From NCBI GenBank assembly GCA_019828565.1, contig JAHDYR010000024.1:1-64000 (forward strand): a DNA stretch of 64,000 bases, written 5' to 3'. Both the position numbers and the translations under genes were made by a program. Source of the stretch: Carpediemonas membranifera BICM (taxonomy: Eukaryota; Protista; Fornicata). Positions 34,377-44,984 of this stretch are shown piece by piece; position 1 is the first letter of the stretch; every line of letters starts with the position of its first letter. The notes under the pieces were generated by a model that was not told where the DNA came from, ran no database searches, and was given only the letters and a program-made list of their open reading frames with translations.

Positions 34377-36056
34377 AAAGGCTCGGACGACATCCGAGTA
34401 ATACACGACCTCCGAGAACTCAACACCGTGACGGAGGAGACCCGAGTCTTCCGCCTCTTCGGCATCAAACGTGCTTTGGCGACGCTCACGGCCGGGGACT
34501 GGATGACGAGGATCGACCTCCGCTCGGGGTACTCTCAAGTCCCAGTCAGGGAGCAGGACAGGACACTTCTGGGCGTGGTCACTCCGGAGGGCGAGACATT
34601 CTGCTACACTGGACTCCCCTTCGGTTGGACCGCGGCTCCGTTCTACTTTCAGACAATAACCATCCAGGCCGCAAAGATCATCGCCAGGCGCCTCCAGATC
34701 CACGTTTGCGTGTATCTAGACGACTTCCTCCTATCGTCTGCGCGCAAGGAGCACCTGGCATGGGCAACACACGAGGCCCTCGAGCTCATGCGCTCCCTCG
34801 GCCTCATTCCGGGGCTGGACAAGTGTATTCTTCAGCCTACACGCTGCTTGGAGTACCTCGGCCTCCTCATCAATACGGAGAACACTTCAGTGCGCCTTTC
34901 CAGCGACAAGGCGCGCAAGTATCAGCAGACGTTGATATCCGCGTTGGAGAGCGACTCCATCAGCGCCGTCGACTACTCCAAGATCCTAGGGCGTCTCTCC
35001 TTCTTCGCTTCCGCAGCGCATGCAGCACAGCTCAAGCTGCGGCCGTTGCAAGCAAGACAGCCGAGAGGCAGAGTACCTTTGGATGCAGCCCTCAAGCAAG
35101 AGCTCGCCCAGTGGGTCTCACTGCTGCAGCAGCGCCCAGCCAAGTCATTTATCGAGCTCAGGGCCCTCTGGGACATGACAGGCTCCCTGGAGATGACAGT
35201 GGCGTCCGACGCATCCAGCTTCGGCTGGGGGGCCAGAGTATACCTCGGAGAGAACAACAGATCGGCGCATGGGCACTTCCCCCCGCACATAGTGAACGCC
35301 CACATCTGCACAAAGGAGCTTTTCGCAGTCGTTCGGGGCATCGAACTCATCTCTCCACAGCCGCAGGTGCGCACCCTGACAGTTTTCTGCGACAACTCGG
35401 CCGTAGTCTCGTGGGTCAACAAGGGCGGATCGACAAGAGCAGACCAGACAGTCATGAGCCTACTCCACGAGCTGCAACAACACCTCGACAGCAGAAACCT
35501 CGTGGCTCGATGTCTTCACATCGCAGGACACCTCAACGTGGAGCCGGACAGGCTGAGCCGGTTCATGAAGCTCGAGTGGTCGACCCCGCGTTCAGTCCTC
35601 GAGCGAATCCAGCGCAACTGGGGACCAGTGCAGGTCGACGCGACCGCCGCTCCCACTCGCCGCCTGGCCCTCCCAGGATTCGCTCAGCACGGATGGACTC
35701 TCGCAGAACACGGCCTGTCTCGGGACTGGACGGGGATGAGAGTCTTCGCAGCTCCTCCAGTAGCGATGATTCCAGCGACATATCTGCATATTCGGACGAT
35801 TCGGTCGCCGACCCAGACTGGATCCCCTCAGACGTGGAGGTCAGCTGCGATAATAGTGACTCCGGACATCCCGTCACCAGAACTCCGCCGCTTGCTAGCC
35901 CTCTCATCAGTTCCCAAGATGTACTTCAGAGTGAACCAAGATCTTCTGTCGGACTCCGAGCTGTCGCGGCTGGCCGAGAGGGGCAGGATAAGGCTCATCG
36001 CGATGATCATCAGGACTTCGAGTTCCTCCTCCACCACGACAGGCTCTCACATCTGA
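34377..36056 (+). CDS. RT-RNase H-methyltransferase-like ORF (D1), N-terminus missing
   Basis: RVIHDLRELN, IDLRSGYSQ, LPFGW, YLDD, SDASSFGWG, DNSAVVSWVN, DRLSR, WGPVQVD..DW..FAAPP. Confidence 0.9.
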   Translation, partial: KGSDDIRVIHDLRELNTVTEETRVFRLFGIKRALATLTAGDWMTRIDLRSGYSQVPVREQDRTLLGVVTPEGETFCYTGLPFGWTAAPFYFQTITIQAAKIIARRLQIHVCVYLDDFLLSSARKEHLAWATHEALELMRSLGLIPGLDKCILQPTRCLEYLGLLINTENTSVRLSSDKARKYQQTLISALESDSISAVDYSKILGRLSFFASAAHAAQLKLRPLQARQPRGRVPLDAALKQELAQWVSLLQQRPAKSFIELRALWDMTGSLEMTVASDASSFGWGARVYLGENNRSAHGHFPPHIVNAHICTKELFAVVRGIELISPQPQVRTLTVFCDNSAVVSWVNKGGSTRADQTVMSLLHELQQHLDSRNLVARCLHIAGHLNVEPDRLSRFMKLEWSTPRSVLERIQRNWGPVQVDATAAPTRRLALPGFAQHGWTLAEHGLSRDWTGMRVFAAPPVAMIPATYLHIRTIRSPTQTGSPQTWRSAAIIVTPDIPSPELRRLLALSSVPKMYFRVNQDLLSDSELSRLAERGRIRLIAMIIRTSSSSSTTTGSHI

Positions 36057-36916
36057 GCCTAGAGGCGTCACGCAGGGCAGTCGCGGGCTACCTCGTCAAG
36101 TTCAACGCGTCGAGAGACACCACGCTATCACACGCGGCGCAGCTCAGGCAGCACCTCATGAGCGAAGCCAAGACCTCGGGGCCCGACACGATCGGCAAGA
36201 AGGGACACTGGATTTGCAAAGCGGCCCCACTGATCTGCGACTGGACCCCCCCGCAGGACAGCAGCGAGATCATTCGATCAGTCCGCAACGTAGCATCCAC
36301 CACCAGACTGACTGGCGGGGCTCGACCGGTGACGAGCGACATAATCCGGTCGGGTTTCCGACGTTGGAAACAAGATCCGAAGACGTTCCAGGCGGTCTTG
36401 TTCGCCGCACTCTGCTTCCAAACTGTCAGCCGCGGCAAGGAAATCTTCACTCTGACGAGGGGAGACGTGACGTTCAGCCCAGAGGGCGACGCGACGCTGT
36501 TCATGGCACGCACCAAGACTACCACAGCGGTGAAGAAGCTCGTGGTCAACGCCACCTTTGACTCATTCAACATCGCGAAGGCGCTCCAGCTTTGGGTCAA
36601 CTTGGCCACGAAGCGCGACACGGATTCACTATGGAGGAAGGTCAACGGAGACACGATCAGCAAGACAGAGGGGCTGTCAGAAGGCGCAATGAGGCGCTGG
36701 ATCGCAGCAGTGTTTGGCGACTCCGTCACTTGGCACAGCTTCAGAAAGGGCGCGGCGACCGAGCTCGCCGTCGCCGGCACTCCTGAGCACGTGCTGATGG
36801 CACTGGGGAACTGGCGCTCCGCGAAGAGCCTGCTGGCGTACACCGGCAATGGCATCCGCCAGCACCCCGCGGTCCAGAGAGACATCGCCAGGTCTCTTTT
36901 GGGCAAGCCACTGTAA
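34625..36916 (+). CDS. Tyrosine recombinase ORF (D1); YR domain ~36000-36916, upstream part overlaps RT
   Basis: SRGKEI, HSFRKG, GNW, LLAY. Confidence 0.85.
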   Translation: MDRGSVLLSDNNHPGRKDHRQAPPDPRLRVSRRLPPIVCAQGAPGMGNTRGPRAHALPRPHSGAGQVYSSAYTLLGVPRPPHQYGEHFSAPFQRQGAQVSADVDIRVGERLHQRRRLLQDPRASLLLRFRSACSTAQAAAVASKTAERQSTFGCSPQARARPVGLTAAAAPSQVIYRAQGPLGHDRLPGDDSGVRRIQLRLGGQSIPRREQQIGAWALPPAHSERPHLHKGAFRSRSGHRTHLSTAAGAHPDSFLRQLGRSLVGQQGRIDKSRPDSHEPTPRAATTPRQQKPRGSMSSHRRTPQRGAGQAEPVHEARVVDPAFSPRANPAQLGTSAGRRDRRSHSPPGPPRIRSARMDSRRTRPVSGLDGDESLRSSSSSDDSSDISAYSDDSVADPDWIPSDVEVSCDNSDSGHPVTRTPPLASPLISSQDVLQSEPRSSVGLRAVAAGREGQDKAHRDDHQDFEFLLHHDRLSHLSLEASRRAVAGYLVKFNASRDTTLSHAAQLRQHLMSEAKTSGPDTIGKKGHWICKAAPLICDWTPPQDSSEIIRSVRNVASTTRLTGGARPVTSDIIRSGFRRWKQDPKTFQAVLFAALCFQTVSRGKEIFTLTRGDVTFSPEGDATLFMARTKTTTAVKKLVVNATFDSFNIAKALQLWVNLATKRDTDSLWRKVNGDTISKTEGLSEGAMRRWIAAVFGDSVTWHSFRKGAATELAVAGTPEHVLMALGNWRSAKSLLAYTGNGIRQHPAVQRDIARSLLGKPL

Positions 36917-37447
36917 ACATTCGATGGGATGTTTATGGTGCAGGCTGTTGCGACCTCACGGGAGGTGACAGCTAGGAGTTAATGATATCTCCTCGGCCGG
37001 CGGGACAACCCCGTTGGATCTACAGAGTGTAGAGGGTCAGGTGGCCCGCGAGTCGGGCGGGTAGTACCCCAGCTCATTGTCGCAAGGGCGACGGGACGTG
37101 GGCGAGGCCGGCAATCGCCGGATGCCCGCGTCATTGGTCAAGATTGGTCGGCGCAGTTTATGCGGCCAGATGACGAACGATTCGCAGCCGGTGGCTGTAA
37201 GAACGCGCTCGGGAGAGCGTCCCTCGTCGGTACGCGAGGGAAACCCAAGACTTACTTAGGAGCCGAAGGCGCGTAAGTCTTCGAATATTGACGCGGCGAA
37301 ACAGGGGTTTCTTGCGTAAATATTCTTTCCCCCGTTGGATCTACAGAGTGTAGAGGGTCAGGTGGCTCCTGTCACAGGACCATCACTGGCACCTGCGCGC
37401 GCCGATCAATGTGCACTTTAGGTCACACTTCGAAACGCATCGGCAGG

Positions 37448-37930
37448 ATGTCTGATAACGAAGACCTGCCGCCGCAAGACAGTCCCGATGAGCTTAACAA
37501 GCGTATCGAGAAGCTGGAGCGCTTGGTTAAGATACAATCGGAAGCAATTTTGGAGCAGCAAGCAGAAGCAGCTCGCCGTCCACTGTTCCTGGAGATGCCA
37601 AAGAGGTTCGGCCTCGAAGATGAGGCCAGATTCGTATACAAGACCATGAATAGGATCGAGAACGGCGCAAAGATGAAGGAGATCGGGAACATTCTCTTTG
37701 CAAGAATCCAGTACCTTCTAATCAAGGACGTGTACACTGACGCTACTGCAGAGCGGTTCGAGAACTATTGCAAGGCGAAGGGCGTGCCTGATCGCGACGA
37801 GGTCCTGGAACTGGCGGCCCGCGCCAAGTCTAAGGGCGATAAGCGCGACGCTAATTTTCGCCGCGGTGGCCGCGCTCAGGACCGAGGTCGCACTCAGACA
37901 GGATCCTCCGGCAAGAGAGCCCACACCTAA
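37448..37930 (+). CDS. Gag-like ORF1 (D2)
   Basis: Coiled coil, LFARIQYLLIKDVY motif shared with the other ORF1s, basic tail. Confidence 0.75.
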   Translation: MSDNEDLPPQDSPDELNKRIEKLERLVKIQSEAILEQQAEAARRPLFLEMPKRFGLEDEARFVYKTMNRIENGAKMKEIGNILFARIQYLLIKDVYTDATAERFENYCKAKGVPDRDEVLELAARAKSKGDKRDANFRRGGRAQDRGRTQTGSSGKRAHT

Positions 37931-40616
37931 CCCTCTTTCCATGCATGAACGCGGCGTGGAGGGAGTGGCAGAGGTTGGGAGCATCACAACGGGTGATCAA
38001 CTGGTTACGATACGGGGTCGAGATCCGTCTGAGAAGTCAACCACCAGCACCAAGGCAACAGCCGACAGTCGACCCATTCATTGTCCAGCAGATTCCTTCC
38101 TTGATAGAGACAGGCGTCATAGAGCAAGTGAATCCCTCTTCCCTGCGACACACCGCCTCGCTGTTTACTGTGCCGAAGGGCGAGTCGAAGAGGATCATTC
38201 ACAACCTCACGATACTGAACGACTGCTCGGCAGAGCGCTCATCCTTCCGGCTCTACGGTCTGCGCAGAGCTCTCTCCCTTCTCCAGAGGGGCGACTGGAT
38301 GGTCAAGTTCGACCTCAAGTCCGGGTACCATCAAGTACCAGTACGGAAGGAGGACCGCAAGCTGCTAGGAGTCTATCTTCCAGACGGACGAGCGTTTCAG
38401 TACAGAGTGCTAGGCTTCGGCTGGCGCGCATCGCCGTTCGTGTTTCAGACGATCACCAACCAACTCGCCAAGATACTAGCCCTTCGGACGGGTCTTACCA
38501 TCGTTGTCTACCTCGACGACTTCCTCTTATTTCACCGCGACCGAGAAATCCTGAGGAGGGCGGTGCCGCGCATCAGGCGGACTCTAGCCGACCTCTGTGT
38601 CCTCACCTCAGAGGAGAAGTCAGAATGGGCACCGACTCAGTCATTGGTCTATCTGGGGCTCGTGATAGACTCCGCGAGTTTTACAATACGCCTCCCGGCG
38701 GACAAGGCCAAACGTTACTCCTCTCACATTCATCAGGCTCTGGCAGGCAAGACCATCGATCAGGAGACTTGGGCCAAGATCCTCGGGAGACTGACTTACT
38801 TCGCTACAACCGCCCACGGGGCTTTCCTCCGGCTGAGACACCTTCAACAGGACCCACTCTCCAAGGAGCTACTGCAAGAGTGGCTGCTACTGCTAAGAGA
38901 GCGCCCAGTCCGAGACATCAGAGAACTTCAGTCGCTTTGGGGCGCTCACCCCTCCTTAGACCTCGTCGTATCGACAGACGCATCTGGAGTCAAGTGGGGA
39001 GCAGCCGTGCACGGCGAGTATGGGACCTCAGCCTCGGGCACGTTCACTCCAGAACTAAGAGCAGAATCTATCAACGTGAAGGAGCTCGCGGGAATCCTAC
39101 AGGGCATCCGTCTGATCGGCAGACAGAGTTCCCAACGCGAGCTATCGATCTTCTCAGACAACACATCAGCTCTGGCCTGGCTCAACAAGGCGGGGTCTAC
39201 GAAGGCTCCACCTCAGGCCCTGCACATTCTAGCCCAGATCCAGAAGGAGGCGGAGGACCGGAACCTGACACTCCGTGGACTACACACTCCGGGCATCATC
39301 AACCTGGCAGCAGATCGGCTGTCCAGAGGCTTCTCACGACTCCCTTCCTCTCTGGAGTCCAGCATGGAATCTGTCCTCGCGGAGTGGGGTCCAGTCCAGA
39401 CAGTCTCAACGGACGTAGACGTAAGGCTTGGATGTCGCGTCCTCTGGGCCCCCAATCCGTCTATGGCAGCCATAGTCCAGAAGATAGCGACAGCGAGAGT
39501 TCAGACTCAGACTGGACACCCGAGGTCTTGGACCTCAGCAGTCTTTCTCCTCTACCCAGAGGTTCAAGCGCCGGAGATGAGACTCCTCAAGAGTTGGACG
39601 CCCTGGAAACTCCGTCTCTCCGTCCCGGCTTCGAGCTCAGATCTGGCCCACCTACTTCACCTACAGGACAGAGGACGCCTACGGTTCAATGTGATGGCGT
39701 TCAGGACGTTTTCCACAGAGTCCTCAGGTCGGACAGAGTGATTCACCTTAATCACGCGTCTGCTCGGACGGTGGCCGGCTGGGTGGCCAGGTTCGAAGGC
39801 TCTCGCGATCGCAGCCTGTCGGATCGAGACCAGCTTGTAGCCTTCCTCAAGGACGAAGGCTCCTTCTGCGGGCCATCGAACGTGGCGAGGAAGGGCTACT
39901 GGATTGTTCAGCTACAGGAGTTCCTCAAAGACTGGCATCCGCCCGCCAACTCCAAGTACATCGTTAAGCAGGCGGCTAAGGGCGCCAGCACGGCGGGAAC
40001 TACCGGCGGATCGCGCGCCATCACCAAGGCTGAGATGATCGAGGCACTGGGGCGCCGGAGTGACGACTTTGAGTCATATCAGGCATGTCTCTTTGGGGCA
40101 GTCGCCTATCTGACGGTGTCCAGAGGCATCGAGATACTCTCCCTATGCCCGGCCGACCTGGAGCTACTCAAGAACGGCGACATTCTCCTACACATTCAGC
40201 GGACCAAGACCATCCTAACGGGAGTTAAGAAGCGCGTACCATACGTATGGCTATCAGCCGCCTTCAACCCGGCCTTGGCACTTAGACGCTGGGTCGAGGG
40301 CACACACTACCTGGCTGATGACACCCCCATCTGGCGAGTCATAATCAACGGGCGCCTGAGCAGAGACAAACCGCTCACAGCCGCACACCTCCGACGAGTC
40401 GTGAAGGCGTTGTTCGGTCCACGGACGGGTCTCCACAGCTTCCGTAAGGGGGCAGCGTCGGAGATGGCTCTATCAGGAGTCCCGCTGGAGGTGATCCTCT
40501 CAATGGGCACATGGAAGGACGTCACCTCCCTCCGCAGCTATGTCGCTGACGCCATCAGAACAAACGAGGACCTCACCAGGAGGATGAACCTCAGCCTTCT
40601 CGGGCCCCACTTTTAA
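37866..40616 (+). CDS. Tyrosine recombinase ORF (D2); YR domain ~39700-40616
   Basis: SRGIEI, HSFRKG, GTW, LRSY. Confidence 0.85.
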   Translation: MAALRTEVALRQDPPAREPTPNPLSMHERGVEGVAEVGSITTGDQLVTIRGRDPSEKSTTSTKATADSRPIHCPADSFLDRDRRHRASESLFPATHRLAVYCAEGRVEEDHSQPHDTERLLGRALILPALRSAQSSLPSPEGRLDGQVRPQVRVPSSTSTEGGPQAARSLSSRRTSVSVQSARLRLARIAVRVSDDHQPTRQDTSPSDGSYHRCLPRRLPLISPRPRNPEEGGAAHQADSSRPLCPHLRGEVRMGTDSVIGLSGARDRLREFYNTPPGGQGQTLLLSHSSGSGRQDHRSGDLGQDPRETDLLRYNRPRGFPPAETPSTGPTLQGATARVAATAKRAPSPRHQRTSVALGRSPLLRPRRIDRRIWSQVGSSRARRVWDLSLGHVHSRTKSRIYQREGARGNPTGHPSDRQTEFPTRAIDLLRQHISSGLAQQGGVYEGSTSGPAHSSPDPEGGGGPEPDTPWTTHSGHHQPGSRSAVQRLLTTPFLSGVQHGICPRGVGSSPDSLNGRRRKAWMSRPLGPQSVYGSHSPEDSDSESSDSDWTPEVLDLSSLSPLPRGSSAGDETPQELDALETPSLRPGFELRSGPPTSPTGQRTPTVQCDGVQDVFHRVLRSDRVIHLNHASARTVAGWVARFEGSRDRSLSDRDQLVAFLKDEGSFCGPSNVARKGYWIVQLQEFLKDWHPPANSKYIVKQAAKGASTAGTTGGSRAITKAEMIEALGRRSDDFESYQACLFGAVAYLTVSRGIEILSLCPADLELLKNGDILLHIQRTKTILTGVKKRVPYVWLSAAFNPALALRRWVEGTHYLADDTPIWRVIINGRLSRDKPLTAAHLRRVVKALFGPRTGLHSFRKGAASEMALSGVPLEVILSMGTWKDVTSLRSYVADAIRTNEDLTRRMNLSLLGPHF
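37945..39741 (+). CDS. RT-RNase H ORF (D2)
   Basis: FDLKSGYHQ, LGFGW, YLDD, TDAS, SDNTSALAWLN, ADRLSR. Confidence 0.92.
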   Translation: MNAAWREWQRLGASQRVINWLRYGVEIRLRSQPPAPRQQPTVDPFIVQQIPSLIETGVIEQVNPSSLRHTASLFTVPKGESKRIIHNLTILNDCSAERSSFRLYGLRRALSLLQRGDWMVKFDLKSGYHQVPVRKEDRKLLGVYLPDGRAFQYRVLGFGWRASPFVFQTITNQLAKILALRTGLTIVVYLDDFLLFHRDREILRRAVPRIRRTLADLCVLTSEEKSEWAPTQSLVYLGLVIDSASFTIRLPADKAKRYSSHIHQALAGKTIDQETWAKILGRLTYFATTAHGAFLRLRHLQQDPLSKELLQEWLLLLRERPVRDIRELQSLWGAHPSLDLVVSTDASGVKWGAAVHGEYGTSASGTFTPELRAESINVKELAGILQGIRLIGRQSSQRELSIFSDNTSALAWLNKAGSTKAPPQALHILAQIQKEAEDRNLTLRGLHTPGIINLAADRLSRGFSRLPSSLESSMESVLAEWGPVQTVSTDVDVRLGCRVLWAPNPSMAAIVQKIATARVQTQTGHPRSWTSAVFLLYPEVQAPEMRLLKSWTPWKLRLSVPASSSDLAHLLHLQDRGRLRFNVMAFRTFSTESSGRTE

Positions 40617-40880
40617 CCACCCCCTCCATTAAACATCCGCGTTCGAGGGGAACGGCCGAGGCGAGACGGACTCGCCGGCCTGGATTCATCATTAATTCTT
40701 AACTCTGGTCGAGGCGAGATAGACTCGCCGGCCCAAAGCTTTAGTCCCACAGGGACGTCTTGCGGGATTGTCCCATTTTGGTTGGATTTAAGAGGAGGGC
40801 TCTCTGTTATAGAGCCACACTTTGTGGACCGCGAGTCGGGCGGAGTCAACGACCGCAAAGAGTGAAATAAAATTCGAGCG

Positions 40881-43800
40881 ATGCAGCATCAGAGAATGTC
40901 GGTAGATCACCGACGATCACAAGAAGGAGGTGGGAGAATCATCTTCACAAGGTCTCCTGATGTGCCTGGTGGTACATTAGGGATCCAGGAGGAGCTTCTC
41001 CACGTTATCTCCGAAATCCGCAAAAATTTCGCACAATACGTCCCTGATGAGGTCGTGAACGACTTCAACAGTAATCAGGAACTATTTGACGCTTTGCAGA
41101 ACGAAGCAAACGTTAGAACTTGGCTTGGAGACGGGAAGTCCCGTAAGAACAAACGTCTGACTCTCGCAAAACTGCGGGAGATCCTCGACAGAATTCGTGC
41201 AGTTGCCGTGGCATACGAGGGTCGCAATGCGCCCAACGTCACGAAGTCTCGCATGACAATGATCGATACAGCGCCTGCTCATGCAGCCGAAGTCGTGAGG
41301 ACTGTCGCCCGGATCGCTGGTGCGCCTGTTGGGTCAACCGACACCGCCCGCGCCCTCAGCCCTTCACCCCAGACTCAGTCTGCCCCCGTCCCCCGCCCGC
41401 CGATTCCGAGCCAACCGCCGGCTCCGAGTCAGACCCCTCAACGCCCAGCAAGCCAGGCAAGCGAGGGCCCGTCCAGCGTTACACTCGACGCGTCCCAGAC
41501 GCCAGAGTTCAATCAGCGCAGAGCGACGGCCCCCGTCCGCCCAGACTGTTTCCTCGACCCAGCGAAGGCCCTCTTCCTGGGTAAGCTCGCCCCACCCAAG
41601 CGCCGTCGCGCCGGGTTCGCGGAGGGCTTGATCAGCCGCCTGAAGGCAATCGCCGACGCCGAAGGCACGGACGCCAAACTTGCTGCCGCCGCGAGACTGT
41701 GCTCGTACGCGCAGACCTTGTACGCACCCCCGAAGGTCTCGGCTCGCAGGCCGAGAGCCAACCGCACAAGGCGCGCGTGGAACTTGGCCATACGTGGCTT
41801 CATCTCCAAGGCAGTGACAACGATCACGGGGTCGGAGACGACCCTCACGCCTGACGAGATCAATCAGTCTCTGAAGGAGAAGCTGTCTTCTCCGACAGGG
41901 CTTGTGCCGAACATCTCCCTCCCCGACGTGCCGGCGAACCCGCTCAGTGCCATCACGGTCTCGCGCAAGCAGATCAAGGCCGCACTCATGAGCCTTTCGC
42001 CGGAATCCGCCCCTGGACCGTCGGGCCTGTCAGCGCTACACCTGCGCATTGCCGCGAGCGTGAGGCGTGGAGACCTCGTAGCCGCCTTGGAGCCTGTCTT
42101 GCAGGACATCCTGGACGGTGAGGAGTACACGTCGATCTTCGCACACGCGATCCTGGTGCCGGTGCCGAAGGATTGCGGTGGGGTCCGCCCTGTCGCAATA
42201 GGCGAGGTGCTGCGCCGGCTGGCGGCTAAGGTCGCCGCAACAGTCGTCTTCCCAAGGCTTGTCGTCGAGGATGAGTTGATGGGGGACCAATTCGGGCTTG
42301 GCGAATCAGCCGGCCTGGAGCGGCTGGAGACGGCCACGCTGAACGAGTACATGAACGGGAGCACCATCGTGACGTTGGACATGTCCAACGCGTATGGCAC
42401 GATGTCCCGAGATTATCTCGTGAAGGTGGTCGAGGCATATATTCCCGTACTCGGCCCCTACCTCCGCCGAATGTACGCCAGCGGCTTGCTGCTGACGACG
42501 ACTGGCGAGGTGTGGGCCTCGGAGGAGGGCATCCACCAGGGGATCCTCTCTCCCCACTCCTCTTCTCGCTGGGCATGTTCCCTCTGCTGACGCAGTTGCG
42601 CGGGGAATTCCCGGACTTCACTGTTCGCGGATACCAGGATGACGTTTCGGCGTCCATCCCGAGCCCCCTGCAAGACTACGAGACGGGCCGGAAGGCGAAT
42701 TCATTCGTCTCTCGGTCGGAGCAGCTCTTTGCGAGTGTTGGGATGCCGTTGAACCGGTCCAAGTGTGCGGTCGCTCATCGCGAGTCGCGGGACGACAACA
42801 ACGCTTCGGACCAGGTGACGCGGGCGCAGTCTTTCAAGCTGGTGGGTATCCCCATCTCCGTCTCCTCAGCCTTCCACGTTGAGTGCTGTACCAAGATCCT
42901 GAAGAAGGTGAAGGCCGTGCTCGACGCCGCCAAGGAGCTCTGCCGGGAGATCGGGTCGAAGGCCACGGCGGTGGCTCTGACGATTGTCAGGGTGTCTGCG
43001 CTCACCATCCCCATACATTTCTACCGCAACGTTCTCCCCACGATCAAGTCTACCACAGGCCAGGGCAATTTGCTGGGCAAGACGGCCGTCTTTGAACGGC
43101 AGTGTATTGCCCCAGCCGTCTTGGACATCCTGCAAGACAAGATCACCGATGCGGAAGAGATGAAGAAGTTCTGCCGGCGGCTAGGGCTGCCGGTGCATGC
43201 GGGCGGTCTCGGCTTGCCGATGCCGCTCGATGTCTGGGCTCCCGCCTACCTGGGGGCCTCCCGGCATCTGCTGGAGTTTGGCCTCAGCCGGCCCGACCTG
43301 GATAAGGTCCTCGCGCTGGGCGCCAACGTGAAGGATTGGCCCAAGGATGAGGCAGCGCTGAAGGCGGTCGGCAAGGACAAGCCGCAGCACGAGTTGGTGT
43401 GCCTGTTGAAGGAACATAATTTCAACACCAACCCTGCGGTGAAGGACAGCGTCGTCGCGCCCAACATCATCAGCGCTATGCTCAAGTCCGACCCAGTCTC
43501 TGTCACGAGGCAGTCGAACCGCCACGAGGTCGACCGGGCCATGATCGCCGACCACCTGGGCCGGCCCGCCTTTAGCGACGCGGCTGGAGTGTGCCCGATC
43601 TGCTCTGAGAAGCACAGTCGTACTGTGGCTATGAAGGGCTGGTCGCACGCGGTGGTGTGCCCGTGCCTACGCGGTGACGCAAAGGTGCAGCGGCATGACG
43701 CCATCCGGGACGAAGTGATCAGGACCCTCAAGGAGGAGGGCGTGGCAGCCAGGCCTGAGAGGTGGCTGACGCCGAAGTCTGCAGAGGCGAAGCATCCTTT

Positions 43801-44185
43801 GCGGCCGTACAGAGTGCGCATGGACGTCGAAGTCAGGCCCGACGAGGGCGGTGTGAAACCCGTCATTGACATCGTCTGCTCGGACTACGTCTCCGACGCG
43901 CGGGCTGATAAGGTGAAGCAGTATCAGCACTTCAACGTTGATATGGTGCCTGCTGTTGTCAGTTCGAGCGGCCGTTGCGCGCCCTGGAAGGCTGGCGGTG
44001 TGCCCTGGCCAGAGAGGCTGGTCGAGATGAAGCTGCTGGACAACGCGGCCAAGGATCGTCTCGTGGACCGGGTTTTCGTTGCCAATTGGAAGTGGCAGTG
44101 CAGAGCCATCGTGGATTGGCTGACACAAGCCCAAGCTGCTCGCGAACGCGCGGCTGCTGCTGGGCAGGACATTGTGAGTGAGTAA
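40881..44185 (+). CDS. Non-LTR RT-CCHC-REL endonuclease polyprotein (1-nt slip near 42540)
   Basis: SAPGPSG, GGVRPVAIGEVLRR, QFG, LDMSNAYG, GIHQG/DPLSPLLF, GYQDD, GGLGL, CPIC..HAVVC, RHDAIRD, RMDV..IDI..KVKQY. Confidence 0.9.
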
Positions 44186-44424
44186 GAACGGGAATACCAC
44201 AACATTTCGCTGTTTTGATCTCACTTTGGTTACTTTCGTTGTCTTTTGCGGAGAATTAGCTCCTTTCAAGGAGTTTTGGTACGTTTTGTGCGAGTGGATG
44301 CGTGAAATTGCGCAAAATCGAGCCTTGGTGCTCAGATGCGCGCTGCTGCTGAAAGTGAACGCAAACCGTGTTCCTTTACGCCGTTTAACGCAGTAAGCCG
44401 CGAGAGCGCCATCGACGACCGAGT
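40887..44424 (+). mobile_element. CRE-like non-LTR retrotransposon (RT + restriction-like endonuclease)
   Basis: Single RT-REL ORF flanked by a 46-bp duplication (40841-40886 / 44425-44470, 1 mismatch). The exact 3' end is uncertain; no poly(A). Confidence 0.85.
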
Positions 44425-44458
44425 CGGAGTCAACGACCGCAAAGAGTGATATAAAATT

Positions 44459-44532
44459 CGAGCGATGCAGGACTCGAACCTGCAACCACCTGATCCGTAG
44501 TCAGGTACTCTATCCAATTGAGCCAACCGCCC
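44459..44532 (-). tRNA. trnR-ACG: tRNA-Arg (ACG)
   Basis: GGGCGGT..GCTCAATTGGATAGAGT..CCTGA-CTACGGA-TCAGG..GCAGG-TTCGAGT-CCTGC-ATCGCTCG folds as a full cloverleaf; TTTT follows. Confidence 0.95.
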
Positions 44533-44535
44533 TTT

Positions 44536-44846
44536 TGGCAAGGCCAGCGGAGCCAAAACTTCGGCGCGAGAGGTCGAGGATGATTCGATACGATCTCAAA
44601 GACGGGATCGTGCGTCTCATAAGGGCGGTTCAGTTGTTCAAGAGCGAACTGAAACCGCGGGGCAGCCTTGCTCCCGATCCCCTCCTTCGGAGGGTGACGC
44701 TCGGCATTACGTAAGGTCGAGCGAGGTAATTTACTCCGGCTTACACAGAGATAGACCCGGGACGATGCGAGAACGCGACACAATAAATTACCTACCCCCC
44801 CCCTGTGGGAATGGACGGAGTCTACCGGATCGTCAGCCTGTCTGAC
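44536..44846 (+). mobile_element. Solo A-spacer-B remnant of a D5-related YR element
   Basis: Starts TGGCAAGGCCAGCG like D5 repeat A; ends in poly-C plus GACGGAGTCTACCGGATCGTCAGCCTGTCTGAC, homologous to D5 repeat B; 311 bp vs 304 bp for D5 A2-B2. Confidence 0.7.
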
Positions 44847-44984
44847 GGCGGGGCACGCCTTCAATAGGACGTAGGGGTCCTGCGCCGGATACGGTTCGAT
44901 TTGCTGATCTGATTCTGCGAAGAGGATCGAGATCAACTCCGAGCAAGTCAGTTCGGACGAAGGGCAAAGGAATAAGCTTTAGAG

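Larger units (their letters stand above)
34377..37366 (+). mobile_element. DIRS/PAT-like YR retrotransposon D1, 5'-truncated
   Basis: RT/RH/MT-like ORF, YR ORF, and a 37-bp direct repeat B at 37009-37045 and 37330-37366. Confidence 0.9.
37367..40828 (+). mobile_element. DIRS-like YR retrotransposon D2 (all three ORFs intact)
   Basis: gag-like, RT/RH and YR ORFs; flanked on the left by D1 repeat B and on the right by the 15 bp that follow B inside D1. Confidence 0.9.

Noticed and set aside
36088-36906. Long antisense ORFs opposite YR/RT genes (also 43667-44485 and similar)
   Set aside because: Shadow frames of GC-rich coding sequence with no independent motifs.
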